Positions 10,101 through 18,909 of a DNA stretch of 64,000 bases are shown here, one piece after another (position 1 is the first letter of the stretch; the number at the start of each line of letters is the position of its first letter). Made by a program: the position numbers and the translations under genes. This stretch comes from an uncultured delta proteobacterium. GTDB lineage: Bacteria > Desulfobacterota > Desulfobulbia > Desulfobulbales > Desulfocapsaceae. The notes under the pieces are model-generated. The model did not search any database. It was given only the letters and a program-made list of their open reading frames with translations, and was not told the DNA's origin. The stretch spans positions 4,673 to 68,672 of the forward strand of contig CAVPXN010000005.1 of assembly GCA_963709745.1 (NCBI GenBank). The letters are read 5' to 3'.

Positions 10101-10318
10101 GCCGGCAGATCACTCTGTGAAGCGAAAATAACAAGAACGCGTTTCTTCTCTTTCAGGTCATTTGCGTAAGTATTTGGAAGGAAAACAAAAAAGAACAAAG
10201 ATACTAGCAGAAGCACATGTACCATGGAGAAAAGGCTCAAGCTTGCTGGAGACTGCTGCTGCGCTCGACTATTTTTCACAGCACAGCGGACAAAACATGT
10301 AACTCTTTGTCTTGGCAT
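7175..10318 (-). CDS. Membrane-anchored sigma54-dependent activator (periplasmic SBP-like sensor, GAF, PAS, AAA+, Fis HTH); true start may be near 10225
   Basis: Two hydrophobic segments flank a periplasmic domain; GESGTGKE Walker A; GAFTGA; FLDE; FREDLYFRL; C-terminal GAAQILAMNPSTLRSR HTH. Confidence 0.92.
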   Translation of the reverse strand: MPRQRVTCFVRCAVKNSRAQQQSPASLSLFSMVHVLLLVSLFFFVFLPNTYANDLKEKKRVLVIFASQSDLPAYSMIEQGIKQGLEAGTEFDIEYFIEYMDTYRNPDQKHNQLLTDLYHHKFSKNKIDLIITYDLASLEFVIVHRDDLFQNIPVVFSGITQTNIESLRLPPEITGVFADIDYAGLLNTALEIHPETRHVAVVNGASGEELFLEKGFRQAFEPYTKQFDFIYLTRLPFAEIEEKVKNLPEQTVILFSLLWQDGSGKAFVPREAASILAKEANAPVYGILDSYFGDGIVGGRMFSMEMSGVRAGEIALRILRGEKPSNIPMSSKGTTINKFDWRQFKRFGIREDRLPPDSIVQFKTYSFWESYRWYIVATFFVLLAQSGLIFYLMMARRQRRRAQWQLAERLDFEKMLSTLSARFVNLPSHRIDTEIKHVLESIGNALNVDRVSVYEISEENKLFYHVYSHNHIDTVTLPSEYRFDQLPWINQKLIQGEIFTLANLADLPVEAEDDRNFLSGLGVLSLAAIPLSTEEKIMGVLSLTMLRHRQEWPHELVRQCRLIAEILSNAIVRKHHEKTLNMAEAKYQVVANFTHDWEYWFNADGSLEYVSPSCERISGYSPREFLDNPALFRDIIVQEDQGVWDSHYHDSRHELKSCQIQYRIERRDGQICWLEHNCQPVIDHQGSLQGFRASNRDITLRKESEIDLLSAYTEITQLKDQLEAETAYLQSEIKLEHNFDNIIGNSAALKYVLYKVEQIASTESNVLVLGESGTGKELIARAIHNKSPRRDRTLVKVNCASLPSDLIESTLFGHERGAFTGAQERQLGRFEIAHGTSIFLDEIGELPLEMQAKLLGVLQDHEFERLGSSRTIKVDVRVIAATNRNLEEEVLQGRFREDLYFRLNVFPITVPPLRQRVEDIPLLVHFFADNAAKRLGKSIEEIPKSVVQKLQAYSWPGNIRELENVIERAVIDTSGPKLRLADDLSSPASKKMSPTLKSLQEVEKDHIQEVLQFTEWRIEGEKGAAQILAMNPSTLRSRIRKLGLQKP

Positions 10319-10824
10319 TGCACACGTATTGGTTGTTCAGACCCTGACCACTGCCGAGGTCTTTGCATATATTGTATTCAAACCGGTTAGATAATCGTCC
10401 TATCTGTTTCGATTTGTATTTGTTTGCAGATAGAAAGACAGGAGAACAATTATAGAACTTACAGAGAAAGTATCGTGAATGATAGGAAAATTTCACCAAT
10501 ATTTATTCTCCTGCCTGTTCAGCATGCTGATTAAAAAAAAGACGGCTATTTTTGTAAAAAGCTCAGACTCTTTTTGACAGTAATTTAAAAAACGATAAGT
10601 GGGTCATGGTGGCTAGGTTAAGCATTTAAGACAAAAAGCAAATTACAACTCTTCCTGAATCTTTTAAAAATCACCAATTTTCTCACAATCATATTTTAAG
10701 AATTATTGCCGTAATAAATGTCCACTGGCAATCTCAACGATTTAAGCAAAGCTGCAAGTTAACACTATTCCTAATAGAGTAGATTTGCCTACTCCCTTGA
10801 AATTGTTCAGAAATGGAGTAACTG

Positions 10825-10884
10825 ATCTCGCACCATAACCAAAGAACACCTCTCAAAAGGTTAACAGAACTCCGGCGAGAGATA
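10825..10884 (+). repeat. 60-bp direct repeat A, copy 1 (copy 2 at 26496..26555)
   Basis: ATCTCGCA(C/A)CATAACCAAAGAACACCTCTCAAAAG...CCGGCGAGAGATA; 5 mismatches counted by eye. Confidence 0.85.
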
Positions 10885-10902
10885 ACTTCTGTTAACCTTT
10901 TC
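10856..10902. terminator. Strong hairpin, possibly a bidirectional terminator
   Basis: AAAAGGTTAACAGAA ... TTCTGTTAACCTTTT, perfect 15-bp inverted repeat. Confidence 0.5.
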
Positions 10903-11229
10903 TTTATATGACTGTTAGCTACCAGATTAAATTTGAATATGGGCGTGGATTGTGCTAGATCTGCCTTCCGTTCCGATGAGTATTGTGTCGATGTGATTGT
11001 TGTTGACTAATTTTTTCAGGTCTGAACATTCGGGGGCAGTTCTTGTTTTGGGGGGTATTATTAGGGGTATCTTGCGGTTTTATGAAATATAAAACATATA
11101 AATAACAGTAATATGACTTGTATGTTCAATGGACTGCATCGCCACCAAAATAACGTAAGTCCTTGACTTAGCTCATATAAAGTCCGAATTGTTGCCCCCT
11201 GGTACATGATTTTGTACATCGGAGAGTAC

Positions 11230-11658
11230 ATGATTCGGACTTCTTTTTTTCTTCAACGGCACCCTCAGAGCGGTACAATCTACTTTCGCAGGGCCATTCC
11301 AAAGCGACACCGGCAATCCTTCAATGGCAAGGCCGAGATAAAGAAATCACTGCAAACTTACGATAAAAACATTGCCACGATTCGCGCCACAATGTTGAAT
11401 GCCAGGCTCGAGAGCAAATTTAATCAGCTTGAAGTCGATATGGGAGACAATCCTTTCTTAAGTAAAATCACCATTGACGAGCTTGATGTAAAATCCGGCA
11501 CGGTCAAGAGCCTTGATATTGATTACGGCGGCGATGTGGAGAAAGAACTACAGGCCCTCCATGAGGTCAATAAATTGCTCAGTCAATCGGTAAGATACAT
11601 CTCTCACTGCTGGACAACAGTCCTCCCGTTCATATTATTCAAAAATTATCTCGGATAG
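11230..11658 (+). pseudogene. Truncated DUF6538-type integrase N-terminus
   Basis: IYFRRAIPK...EIKKSLQTYD...A pattern of DUF6538; SD GGAGAG at 11221; no tyrosine-recombinase catalytic domain follows. Confidence 0.65.
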
Positions 11659-11794
11659 CATTATTATCGAAAGATGCATACATCTTAATCAACCGGTAGT
11701 ACTGACTTTTGGAAACGTATTTTTCGATTAAATGATCCGATTGGGAAAACCGCAAGACTGATGACTCGGTCGACTAACGGTAAAGGAGGTGCAC

Positions 11795-12238
11795 ATGGTC
11801 CCATATGTAACTGTTCGATCTGTCCCCGGGGAACGATTCACTCAAAAAATTGAATCTGGAAAACACCAACTTTTAGCAGATAAACAAATATCCTTTGGTG
11901 GATCAGATCAGGGGCCTGGACCATACGCATTCCTGTTAGCTGCTCTTGGATCTTGAATATCAATAACACTCCGTATGTATGCGGAGAGGAAAGGAATCGC
12001 ATTACAAAGTGTTGAAGTGCGCCTCAGCCACGAAAAAGTACAGTTTAAGGATTGTGAGGAATGTGTAACGAAAAATGTTATGCTCGATGAGATTCAGACT
12101 CAAATTCATGTAAAAGGAAATCTTAATACAGTTCAGCGGGATCGGCTTTTAGAAATAGCAATTCGCTGTCCAGTTCACCAAACCCTTTCTTCAACTCTTA
12201 AAATTAGGTCAAAGTTGGTTTATGATAACAATTCGTAG
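11795..12238 (+). CDS. OsmC/YhfA-like protein with in-frame TGA (11954..11956) at the conserved Cys: candidate selenoprotein, alternatively a pseudogene
   Basis: SD AAAGGAGGT; GPGPYAFLLAALGS-TGA-ISITLRMYA matches the family motif LGxCTSxTLRMYA; second Cys motif RCPVHQTL intact. Confidence 0.7.
11969..11986 (+). promoter_or_regulatory. Candidate bacterial SECIS hairpin
   Basis: CTCCGTA-TGTA-TGCGGAG: 7-bp stem with one G-U pair starting 12 nt after the UGA; G-containing 4-nt loop 19 nt after the UGA. Confidence 0.55.
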
Positions 12239-12442
12239 GAAAGGGTCTAAATAGCACCCCAGAGAATTCGACGTCAACTTCCGCTGGCATGTTGTTATTG
12301 AGAAACACAACCAAATGTTCAGGCATTAACTGAAATTTGAGATTCAAATGCAATTTATAATCTTTCCACAACCACAATGCCGCGCGTAACATTTTGATCA
12401 TCAGTGACAGGGGTTAAAGCATTAACATACTAAGATTGTAAA

Positions 12443-13900
12443 TTACACGTCTCCTAAGGGCGAAGAGGGTGTTGACTGGACACGACTTCCAACTGCGATC
12501 ACCATAGCACCAACGATCAAAACTGTTGCAAATGCGAACGTGACTCGCATACCGATGGCAACTGCCTCATGATGCGCTGTTGTTGTGTTGCTTATCGCCG
12601 ATGCAAACGCGAACAGAGTACCCATAAGGGAAGCACCCGTAATGCGCCCTATATTGCGCGACAGGTTGAGCATACCTGAAATTACTCCTCGCTGGTCCGG
12701 GCTGACATCTGTCATGACGGCTGTGTTGTTGGCCGTCTGGAACAGCGAATAACCGCCAGTGATTATAGCGATTGGGACGATGTAGCCGAACATTCCAAGC
12801 CTTGCCGGTATTATGGAAAGAATGGAGGAACCGACTGCCATTCCGATAAGTCCGATGATGGTCATATGGTGGGCACCGAAACGGTCAGAAAAATACCCGG
12901 CTGGCACAGCAGTCAAGGCGGCGACAAGTGGTCCGACAGATAAGATAAACCCAACCATAACTGCATCAAGGCCAAGTGCAAGTGAGAGATAGAACGGGCC
13001 AACTACCAACGTTGTTGTTACCACCGTAGCGACGAGCGAGCTCATTGCGAGGCTCGCACTCAACAATTGATCTCGAAACACAGCCAATCGAATCAAAGGA
13101 ACTTTCACTCTCGACTCGGCAAGCACGAAAAGACCTACTCCGAAGGCAGCAGTCAACAGTAGAACTATATTGAGTAAACCGAAACTGCCGCGACCAATCG
13201 TCACAGCAAGTGCATAAGCCGCAAGAGTCAGAGCAAGCAGTACAGTGCCCACATTGTCGAATCCCGCCTGATCAAACTTCGGCGCACGGCGATCAACAGG
13301 CAGGTAGCGATACGCGAGAAGAAAAGTAAGTATTCCCAATGGTACGTTGACGAGGAATATTGCCCGCCAACCGATTCCTGCGATTAGTACGCCGCCGAGC
13401 GATGGACCAAGAGCGGTGCCTATAGCAGACATCGTTCCGAGGAGCCCCATGGCAGTGCCTGTCTTTACCTTCGGAACTGTCTCACCGACTATTGCCATGG
13501 TGAGGGCCATCATTATGGCCCCTCCCAGACCCTGCACCGCTCTGGCAGCAATCAGCAGCCAAAGTGTGGGAGCGACGCCGCACAATACTGAAGCAAACGT
13601 GAACAAGAAGATTCCAACTATTAGCAGCCTGCGGCGGCCAATGATATCACCTAACCGTCCGACGCTGACAATCAAGGTAGTGATGACGAGGAGATAAGCG
13701 ATCACAACCCACTGGACTTCCTGGAAGGAGGCGGCGAACGCCTGTGTCAATGTTGGCAGGGCAACATTGGCGATGCTGGTGTCGAGTGAAGACAATAACA
13801 TGGCTAATGAAAGACTGACGAGTGCCCACCGAGCAGAAACTTTCAGCTCGGCATATCCAGATGCTGCCACATCTTGTTGTGCAATAATTGTTTTCATCAT
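12443..13900 (-). CDS. MFS drug:H+ antiporter (DHA2, EmrB/QacA-like)
   Basis: LDTSIANVALP, GRLGDIIGRRR, GPSLGG motifs; many TM segments; start at MMK with SD GGAG. Confidence 0.92.
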   Translation of the reverse strand: MMKTIIAQQDVAASGYAELKVSARWALVSLSLAMLLSSLDTSIANVALPTLTQAFAASFQEVQWVVIAYLLVITTLIVSVGRLGDIIGRRRLLIVGIFLFTFASVLCGVAPTLWLLIAARAVQGLGGAIMMALTMAIVGETVPKVKTGTAMGLLGTMSAIGTALGPSLGGVLIAGIGWRAIFLVNVPLGILTFLLAYRYLPVDRRAPKFDQAGFDNVGTVLLALTLAAYALAVTIGRGSFGLLNIVLLLTAAFGVGLFVLAESRVKVPLIRLAVFRDQLLSASLAMSSLVATVVTTTLVVGPFYLSLALGLDAVMVGFILSVGPLVAALTAVPAGYFSDRFGAHHMTIIGLIGMAVGSSILSIIPARLGMFGYIVPIAIITGGYSLFQTANNTAVMTDVSPDQRGVISGMLNLSRNIGRITGASLMGTLFAFASAISNTTTAHHEAVAIGMRVTFAFATVLIVGAMVIAVGSRVQSTPSSPLGDV

Positions 13901-14055
13901 AAACTCCATTTTCTGTTGAACTCTATTTTTTACGACGCTCAAACCGAGCTGTCTGAAACAGAGTATAGTCTCTTGTGTGACACGGCGGAATACGCATCTT
14001 TTGCACTTTATTCGTGCATTTGACGCCATCTGTCGGATTGTGCTATAGTTAATGC

Positions 14056-14946
14056 ATGTCAACACCTGATCTCAACTTGCTAATTACCCTTGATGTACTG
14101 CTTGCGGAAAGCAGTGTTGCACGCGCAGCAAAACGATTGCAGCTAAGCCCTTCTGCTATGAGCAGGGCACTGGCACGATTGCGCGAGACGACTGGCGATC
14201 CGATTTTGGTTAGGGCTGGACGCGGTCTTGTCCCCACACCCCGAGCGCTTGAACTCCGCAACCGAGTAAGTCAGCTCGTTCAGGGCGCAAAAGAGGTTCT
14301 ACGTCCTGCCGAGAAGCTTAATCTTAAACAGCTCGTCCGAACATTCACGCTACGGACCAGTGAAGGTTTTGTGGAGAACTTTGGAGCGGCTCTTATTGTT
14401 CGCATTAGCAAGGAAGCTCCCGGCGTGCGGCTGCGCTTCGTGCAGAAGCCGAACAAAGACAGCACACCACTTCGCGACGGGACCGTTGATCTCGAAACTG
14501 GCGTTGTGGAGGAGACGACGAGTCCGGAGGTGCGTGCGCGGACTTTGTTCCGAGACAGATACATTGGCGTTGTGCGGATAGGGCACCCGCTGACTCGGAG
14601 TGAAATTACTCCTGCCCGTTATGCGACCGGCAGACATATCAGCGTCTCAAGGCACAGTCTAGATAAGGAACCGATAGATGAAGCCTTGGAGCCGTTTGGG
14701 GTGGAACGGGAAATCGTCGTCACTATTGTCGGTGGCTTCTCGACCGCGGTGGCGCTTTCTCGAAAATCCGATCTGATAGCCAGCGTTCCCGAGCGCCACA
14801 CGGGGAACCTGCGCATCGGAATGCATAGCTTCACCCTTCCATTCTCCGTACCGGAGTTCACGGTTTCAATGCTTTGGCACCCAAGGCTGGATGCTGACCT
14901 GGCGCATCGTTGGCTGCGCGAGTGCGTTCGGGACGCATGCGCCTGA
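14056..14946 (+). CDS. LysR-family regulator, divergent from the MFS gene
   Basis: DLNLL...SVARAAKRLQLSPSAMSRALARLR HTH plus substrate-binding domain. Confidence 0.95.
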   Translation: MSTPDLNLLITLDVLLAESSVARAAKRLQLSPSAMSRALARLRETTGDPILVRAGRGLVPTPRALELRNRVSQLVQGAKEVLRPAEKLNLKQLVRTFTLRTSEGFVENFGAALIVRISKEAPGVRLRFVQKPNKDSTPLRDGTVDLETGVVEETTSPEVRARTLFRDRYIGVVRIGHPLTRSEITPARYATGRHISVSRHSLDKEPIDEALEPFGVEREIVVTIVGGFSTAVALSRKSDLIASVPERHTGNLRIGMHSFTLPFSVPEFTVSMLWHPRLDADLAHRWLRECVRDACA

Positions 14947-15167
14947 AACTCATCAAAAAATTAGACAAACAGAAGATCTGACTGTCACCACCGAAAGAAA
15001 ACGGACCCATGAACATTTCGGCCGAACGAGTGGCGCTCAAATAAAAAGAACTTTGGCAGGTAGAACAAGTATTTCGGGACGTCAAGTCAGTACTGGACAC
15101 CAGACCTGTTTTTCATAAGCGGGATGAAACAATTCGAGGCCATGTGCTTTTCAGCTTCAGACTAATA

Positions 15168-15369
15168 ATGAAAGCCATTCGATGGACATCTAGGTGAGTA
15201 GCCAGAATTGCAACTTATAATGAACCCACTCCCACGCCAGGCAACCACGAAGTGGTCATCCGCGTACATGCCGCCTCCTTGTAATTTCGCGACCAAGCCA
15301 TCCTGGATGGACAATATCGTGACGCAGTTCAATCGAATGGCATCCCGCTTTCGGATGGCGCGGGCGAAA
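15168..15369 (+). pseudogene. MDR-family (zinc-type ADH-like) oxidoreductase N-terminal remnant
   Basis: EPTPTPGNHEVVIRVHAASL*FRDQAILDGQY...IPLSDGAGE, with two in-frame stops; truncated. Confidence 0.7.
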
Positions 15370-15554
15370 GGGCGGCTCCCACAGAACTCCACATTAACAT
15401 TGCCGTTTCGAAGGTAAGATACCTTCGTCAATTATCAGAGTTGATAGATCTACTGTGCAGGTCCTGAAGAAGTTGTCCTATCAACATAAATTGGCCGTTT
15501 TTGCCATTCAAAAACCAATATAACCCTGGCAACAAAAAACAAAATTTGAATCCC

Positions 15555-15625
15555 AGATCTTTCCAGATAATCCACCGAGACATTTGCTCCATTTCTGACC
15601 ACCGTCGGCGTTGATACTACTTTCC
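15555..15625 (+). repeat. 71-bp direct repeat B, copy 1 (copy 2 at 26620..26690)
   Basis: AGATCTTTCCAGA...GAGACATTTGCTCCATTTCTGACCA(C/T)CGTCGGCGTTGATACTACTTTCC; 3 mismatches counted by eye. Confidence 0.9.
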
Positions 15626-16098
15626 AATTTTTCGTCTAACGACTCCGAACAAGTCTCAGTTACTGTCAACCACGTTGCCTAACGCTTCTGTCGAAGTGAC
15701 CAACAAATACTTTTTGGAACAATCTGGGACCGGCGACAAGTTAAAAAGTGATAGGCATTTGACCTTTTGCAAACCAGAAATTCACAGTAGTTGTCTCAAC
15801 TCAACTTGAAGCGTTGATAGAATATTAAGACCTTCGAGGTGGCAATATTAACCGCACAACTTGAATCGGATTATGAACATATACCTTGTATTTGTTCTCT
15901 GAGGTGCTTTTTTACCAAAAAAGGTCAGGAAAAAATTGTGATAAGACAGCGAATCACCCATATCTAATCGAAATACCCACCCATATGAACCCAACAATTA
16001 TCGTTCTACGATGCCGTTTAGGAAAACGGAGTTCAAAAGAAATTGATCAAGAAGACTCACCTGATTGAACCTCGAACAGTTAATTTTATGTAATTTTA

Positions 16099-16127
16099 TT
16101 GACATTATATTTTATATTAATTATTTT
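16099..16127 (+). promoter_or_regulatory. Putative sigma70 promoter of the Lrp-epimerase operon
   Basis: TTGACA-N17-TATTTT within a very AT-rich leader. Confidence 0.45.
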
Positions 16128-16169
16128 TTTACTATTTTAATCTAATATAATAAAATTTCTTGAAAGAAT

Positions 16170-16667
16170 ATGGACCTTAAAGAGATTGATAATATCGACA
16201 GGCAAATGATCAAACTGCTTTCTGAAGATGGTCGTATGCCCGCTAAAGACATAGCAACCAAACTAAACGTTTCGGCCCCAACCATTCACTCCAGGTTAAA
16301 TTCTCTAATCAGGAGAGGGATACTCAAGGTAGCAGGATTGGTCGATACCTTTACGGTAAAGAATACGATGGTCGCCATCATTGCCATCAATGTGCACGAA
16401 AATGGCAAAATGGGACAGGTGATTGATCAGCTGATGGAATTTGATAATGTCCATTGGGCCGTTGCTGTGACGGGCCGCTACGACATTTTTGTTGAAGTTA
16501 TCGTGACCGAAGGAATTGAGTGGATGTTTAAGTTTTTTGAAGAGCAGATGAGTAAAATTGAAGGTATCAGTCATTCTGAATCCTTCATGGTGACGAATGT
16601 GCGTAGGAAATGGACGCTCCTTCCACCAAATATCAAAGGGTGGATACCTGAAAAGGAAAAAACATGA
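16170..16667 (+). CDS. Lrp/AsnC-family regulator
   Basis: IDRQMIKLLSEDGRMP...IATKLNVSAPTIHSRL HTH; VTGRYDIF ligand domain. Confidence 0.95.
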   Translation: MDLKEIDNIDRQMIKLLSEDGRMPAKDIATKLNVSAPTIHSRLNSLIRRGILKVAGLVDTFTVKNTMVAIIAINVHENGKMGQVIDQLMEFDNVHWAVAVTGRYDIFVEVIVTEGIEWMFKFFEEQMSKIEGISHSESFMVTNVRRKWTLLPPNIKGWIPEKEKT

Positions 16668-17728
16668 AATTAACAAACATGACCGTATGGAAAGAAGATT
16701 TAGAGCTCACGCGTCCCTATACAATTGCCTATGAAACAGTAAGTTCTGTTGAAAACTTGTTTGTTCTACTTGAAACAGATAACGGTATTACCGGGATTGG
16801 AGCAGGTTCACCGGCTGAAGATGTCACCGGCGAAACCATTTGGGCAGGTGAGAAAGCCTTGGCCGACAATCTGGACACGGTTCTTCAGGGCAGAGATGTC
16901 AGATATTACCGATCAATGCTCCAGGAATTGGACAAAGTCCTGGCAAAGACACCTGCAGCTCTGGCGGCTGTAGATATAGCACTTCATGACCTCGTTGCCA
17001 AAGCAATAGGCCTGCCTCTGGTAGATCTTCTTGGTCGAGTCCATAAATCCCTGCCGACTTCTATTACCATTGGAATCAAGCCTGTTCAAGAGACCCTGGA
17101 GGAAGCTCGCGAATACCTGGCCAGGGGATTTTCTATCCTGAAAATTAAAACAGGACTTGATGTGGAGCAGGATATAGAACGGATCCTTCGTCTCCGTGAA
17201 ACATTTAAGTCTGGCGTACGTATGAGGGTAGATGCCAACCAGGGTTATGGCGTCAAAGAATTTCAGAAGTTTTTTGAAAAAACTTCAGGTCTGATTGAGT
17301 TCGTAGAACAACCACTCAAGGCTATGGACCATGAGGGAATGAGATCCCTCCCGGACGCAGTTCGCAGGTTTTCGGCTGCAGATGAAAGTCTGCTTCACCC
17401 TGGAACAATAATCGATCTTCTCAGTCATCCTCAGCCTTTTGGTATTTTTAATATCAAGCTGATGAAATGTGGTGGTATTGCACCGGGGCTTGAGATCGCC
17501 GCTATGGCAGCCCATGCCGGTATTGACCTGATGTGGGGATGTATGGATGAGAGCATAATCAGCATCGCCGGAGCGCTCCATGCCGCCCTGGCGTCGAGAG
17601 CCACAAAATACTTAGACCTTGATGGAAGCCTGGACCTGGCACGTGATATTGTAAATGGTGGATTCATCCTGGAAGATGGATGGCTCAGAACGATAGATGA
17701 ACCTGGATTGGGAGTAAAAAGAATTTGA
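16664..17728 (+). CDS. Dipeptide epimerase / N-acyl-amino-acid racemase (enolase superfamily, L-Ala-D/L-Glu epimerase or DgcA-like)
   Basis: KIK catalytic motif, DANQG, EQP, DES, NIKLMKCGG, DLDG. Confidence 0.92.
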   Translation: MKLTNMTVWKEDLELTRPYTIAYETVSSVENLFVLLETDNGITGIGAGSPAEDVTGETIWAGEKALADNLDTVLQGRDVRYYRSMLQELDKVLAKTPAALAAVDIALHDLVAKAIGLPLVDLLGRVHKSLPTSITIGIKPVQETLEEAREYLARGFSILKIKTGLDVEQDIERILRLRETFKSGVRMRVDANQGYGVKEFQKFFEKTSGLIEFVEQPLKAMDHEGMRSLPDAVRRFSAADESLLHPGTIIDLLSHPQPFGIFNIKLMKCGGIAPGLEIAAMAAHAGIDLMWGCMDESIISIAGALHAALASRATKYLDLDGSLDLARDIVNGGFILEDGWLRTIDEPGLGVKRI

Positions 17729-18909
17729 TGAAAGCTAACAATACGAATTCCGAAATTGAACCGGACCCGGATAACAGCAAATGTTTAGCCCTTGGATCGG
17801 CTGTGGTCCTGACCAATGGTAGTCTTACTCATGTCGATGCGAAAACAGCTCATGGTCTGATCCGCGGAACCGAACGATTTGATATCAGAGGTATTATCGA
17901 CCATAACAGTGCAGGTCAGGATGCCGGTCAGATCCTGGATGGGATTCATCGCTCAATTCCGGTCTATGCAGACATTGACGCGTATATTGCCATCACAGGC
18001 AAAAAGCCCAATTATGCCATAATCGGTGTTGCCCTGTGCGGCGGTCGGCTGAATGAACAATGGCAGGCTCTGGTATTGAGCATCCTTGTTCAGGGGATAT
18101 CTATTGTTAATGGGATGCATATGTTGCTGGGTGATATTCCGACTTTTAATGATTCCGCTCGGCAAAATAATGCCACCATCATTGATATTCGCAGGCCTAA
18201 GCCTTTCGATCAGCTTCATTTCTGGTCAGGTAAAATCTTTGAGATGAAAATTCCGCGCCTGGCCGTTCTCGGAACCGATTGCGCACTGGGAAAACGAACC
18301 ACGGCTCGAATGATTGTAGAGACCTGCAAAAAGCTGGGAATGAGTACGGAAATGATTTATACCGGTCAGACCGGCTGGCTCCAAGGCAATCGTTATGGAT
18401 TTATTCTGGACACCACGGTCAATGATTTTGTGAGTGGTGAGGTGGAGGACGCCATTGTCAGGTGCGAACAGGAAGCCAGACCGGACCTTATTGTCGTAGA
18501 AGGCCAGTCCGGGATGAGAAATCCCCAAGGGCCCTGCGGTCCCGAGATCATAGTTTCGGGAAATATCAAGGGCGTGGTTCTCCAACACACGCCGTTTAGA
18601 GAATTCTATGACGCAACGGAAGCATCGGGTTGTTATCTGCCGGATATCGAGAGTGAAATAAAACTAATCGAAATGTACGGGACATCTGTTATTGCAGTGA
18701 CCCTTAACGGTACGGGCGGCAGCAAAGAAGAACTGTTGTCTTACAGTAGGGCCCTCGAGAAAAGAATAGGTATCCCTGTTATCTGTCCCATTGAGGAAAC
18801 CATGAACAAAATAATGCCGGTACTTGAGAGATTTATCTTGGATCATGACCGTTTGCCCGATACCACAGCAAGGTCACCGAGAAAAGATAAAGAGGTCTGC
18901 CATGACTGA
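17725..18909 (+). CDS. DUF1611-domain protein (DgcN-like putative D-amino-acid N-acetyltransferase)
   Basis: KTAHGLIR, GTDCALGKRTT, TGQTGWLQG, VEGQSG motifs of DUF1611. Confidence 0.88.
   Translation: MMKANNTNSEIEPDPDNSKCLALGSAVVLTNGSLTHVDAKTAHGLIRGTERFDIRGIIDHNSAGQDAGQILDGIHRSIPVYADIDAYIAITGKKPNYAIIGVALCGGRLNEQWQALVLSILVQGISIVNGMHMLLGDIPTFNDSARQNNATIIDIRRPKPFDQLHFWSGKIFEMKIPRLAVLGTDCALGKRTTARMIVETCKKLGMSTEMIYTGQTGWLQGNRYGFILDTTVNDFVSGEVEDAIVRCEQEARPDLIVVEGQSGMRNPQGPCGPEIIVSGNIKGVVLQHTPFREFYDATEASGCYLPDIESEIKLIEMYGTSVIAVTLNGTGGSKEELLSYSRALEKRIGIPVICPIEETMNKIMPVLERFILDHDRLPDTTARSPRKDKEVCHD

Noticed and set aside
11125-11150. Possible tRNA or tmRNA gene ending in CCACCA
   Set aside because: No T-loop GTTCGA or cloverleaf upstream; kept only as a possible att-site remnant.
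11740-11770. AAACCGCAAGACTGATGACTC resembling the 3' half of a fluoride riboswitch
   Set aside because: The 5' GGNGATGG..TTC.CC stem and pseudoknot partner are absent, and the downstream gene is not fluoride-related.
12443-14946. MFS/LysR pair as a novel resistance system
   Set aside because: Very common divergent efflux-regulator pair; nothing distinctive beyond being island cargo.
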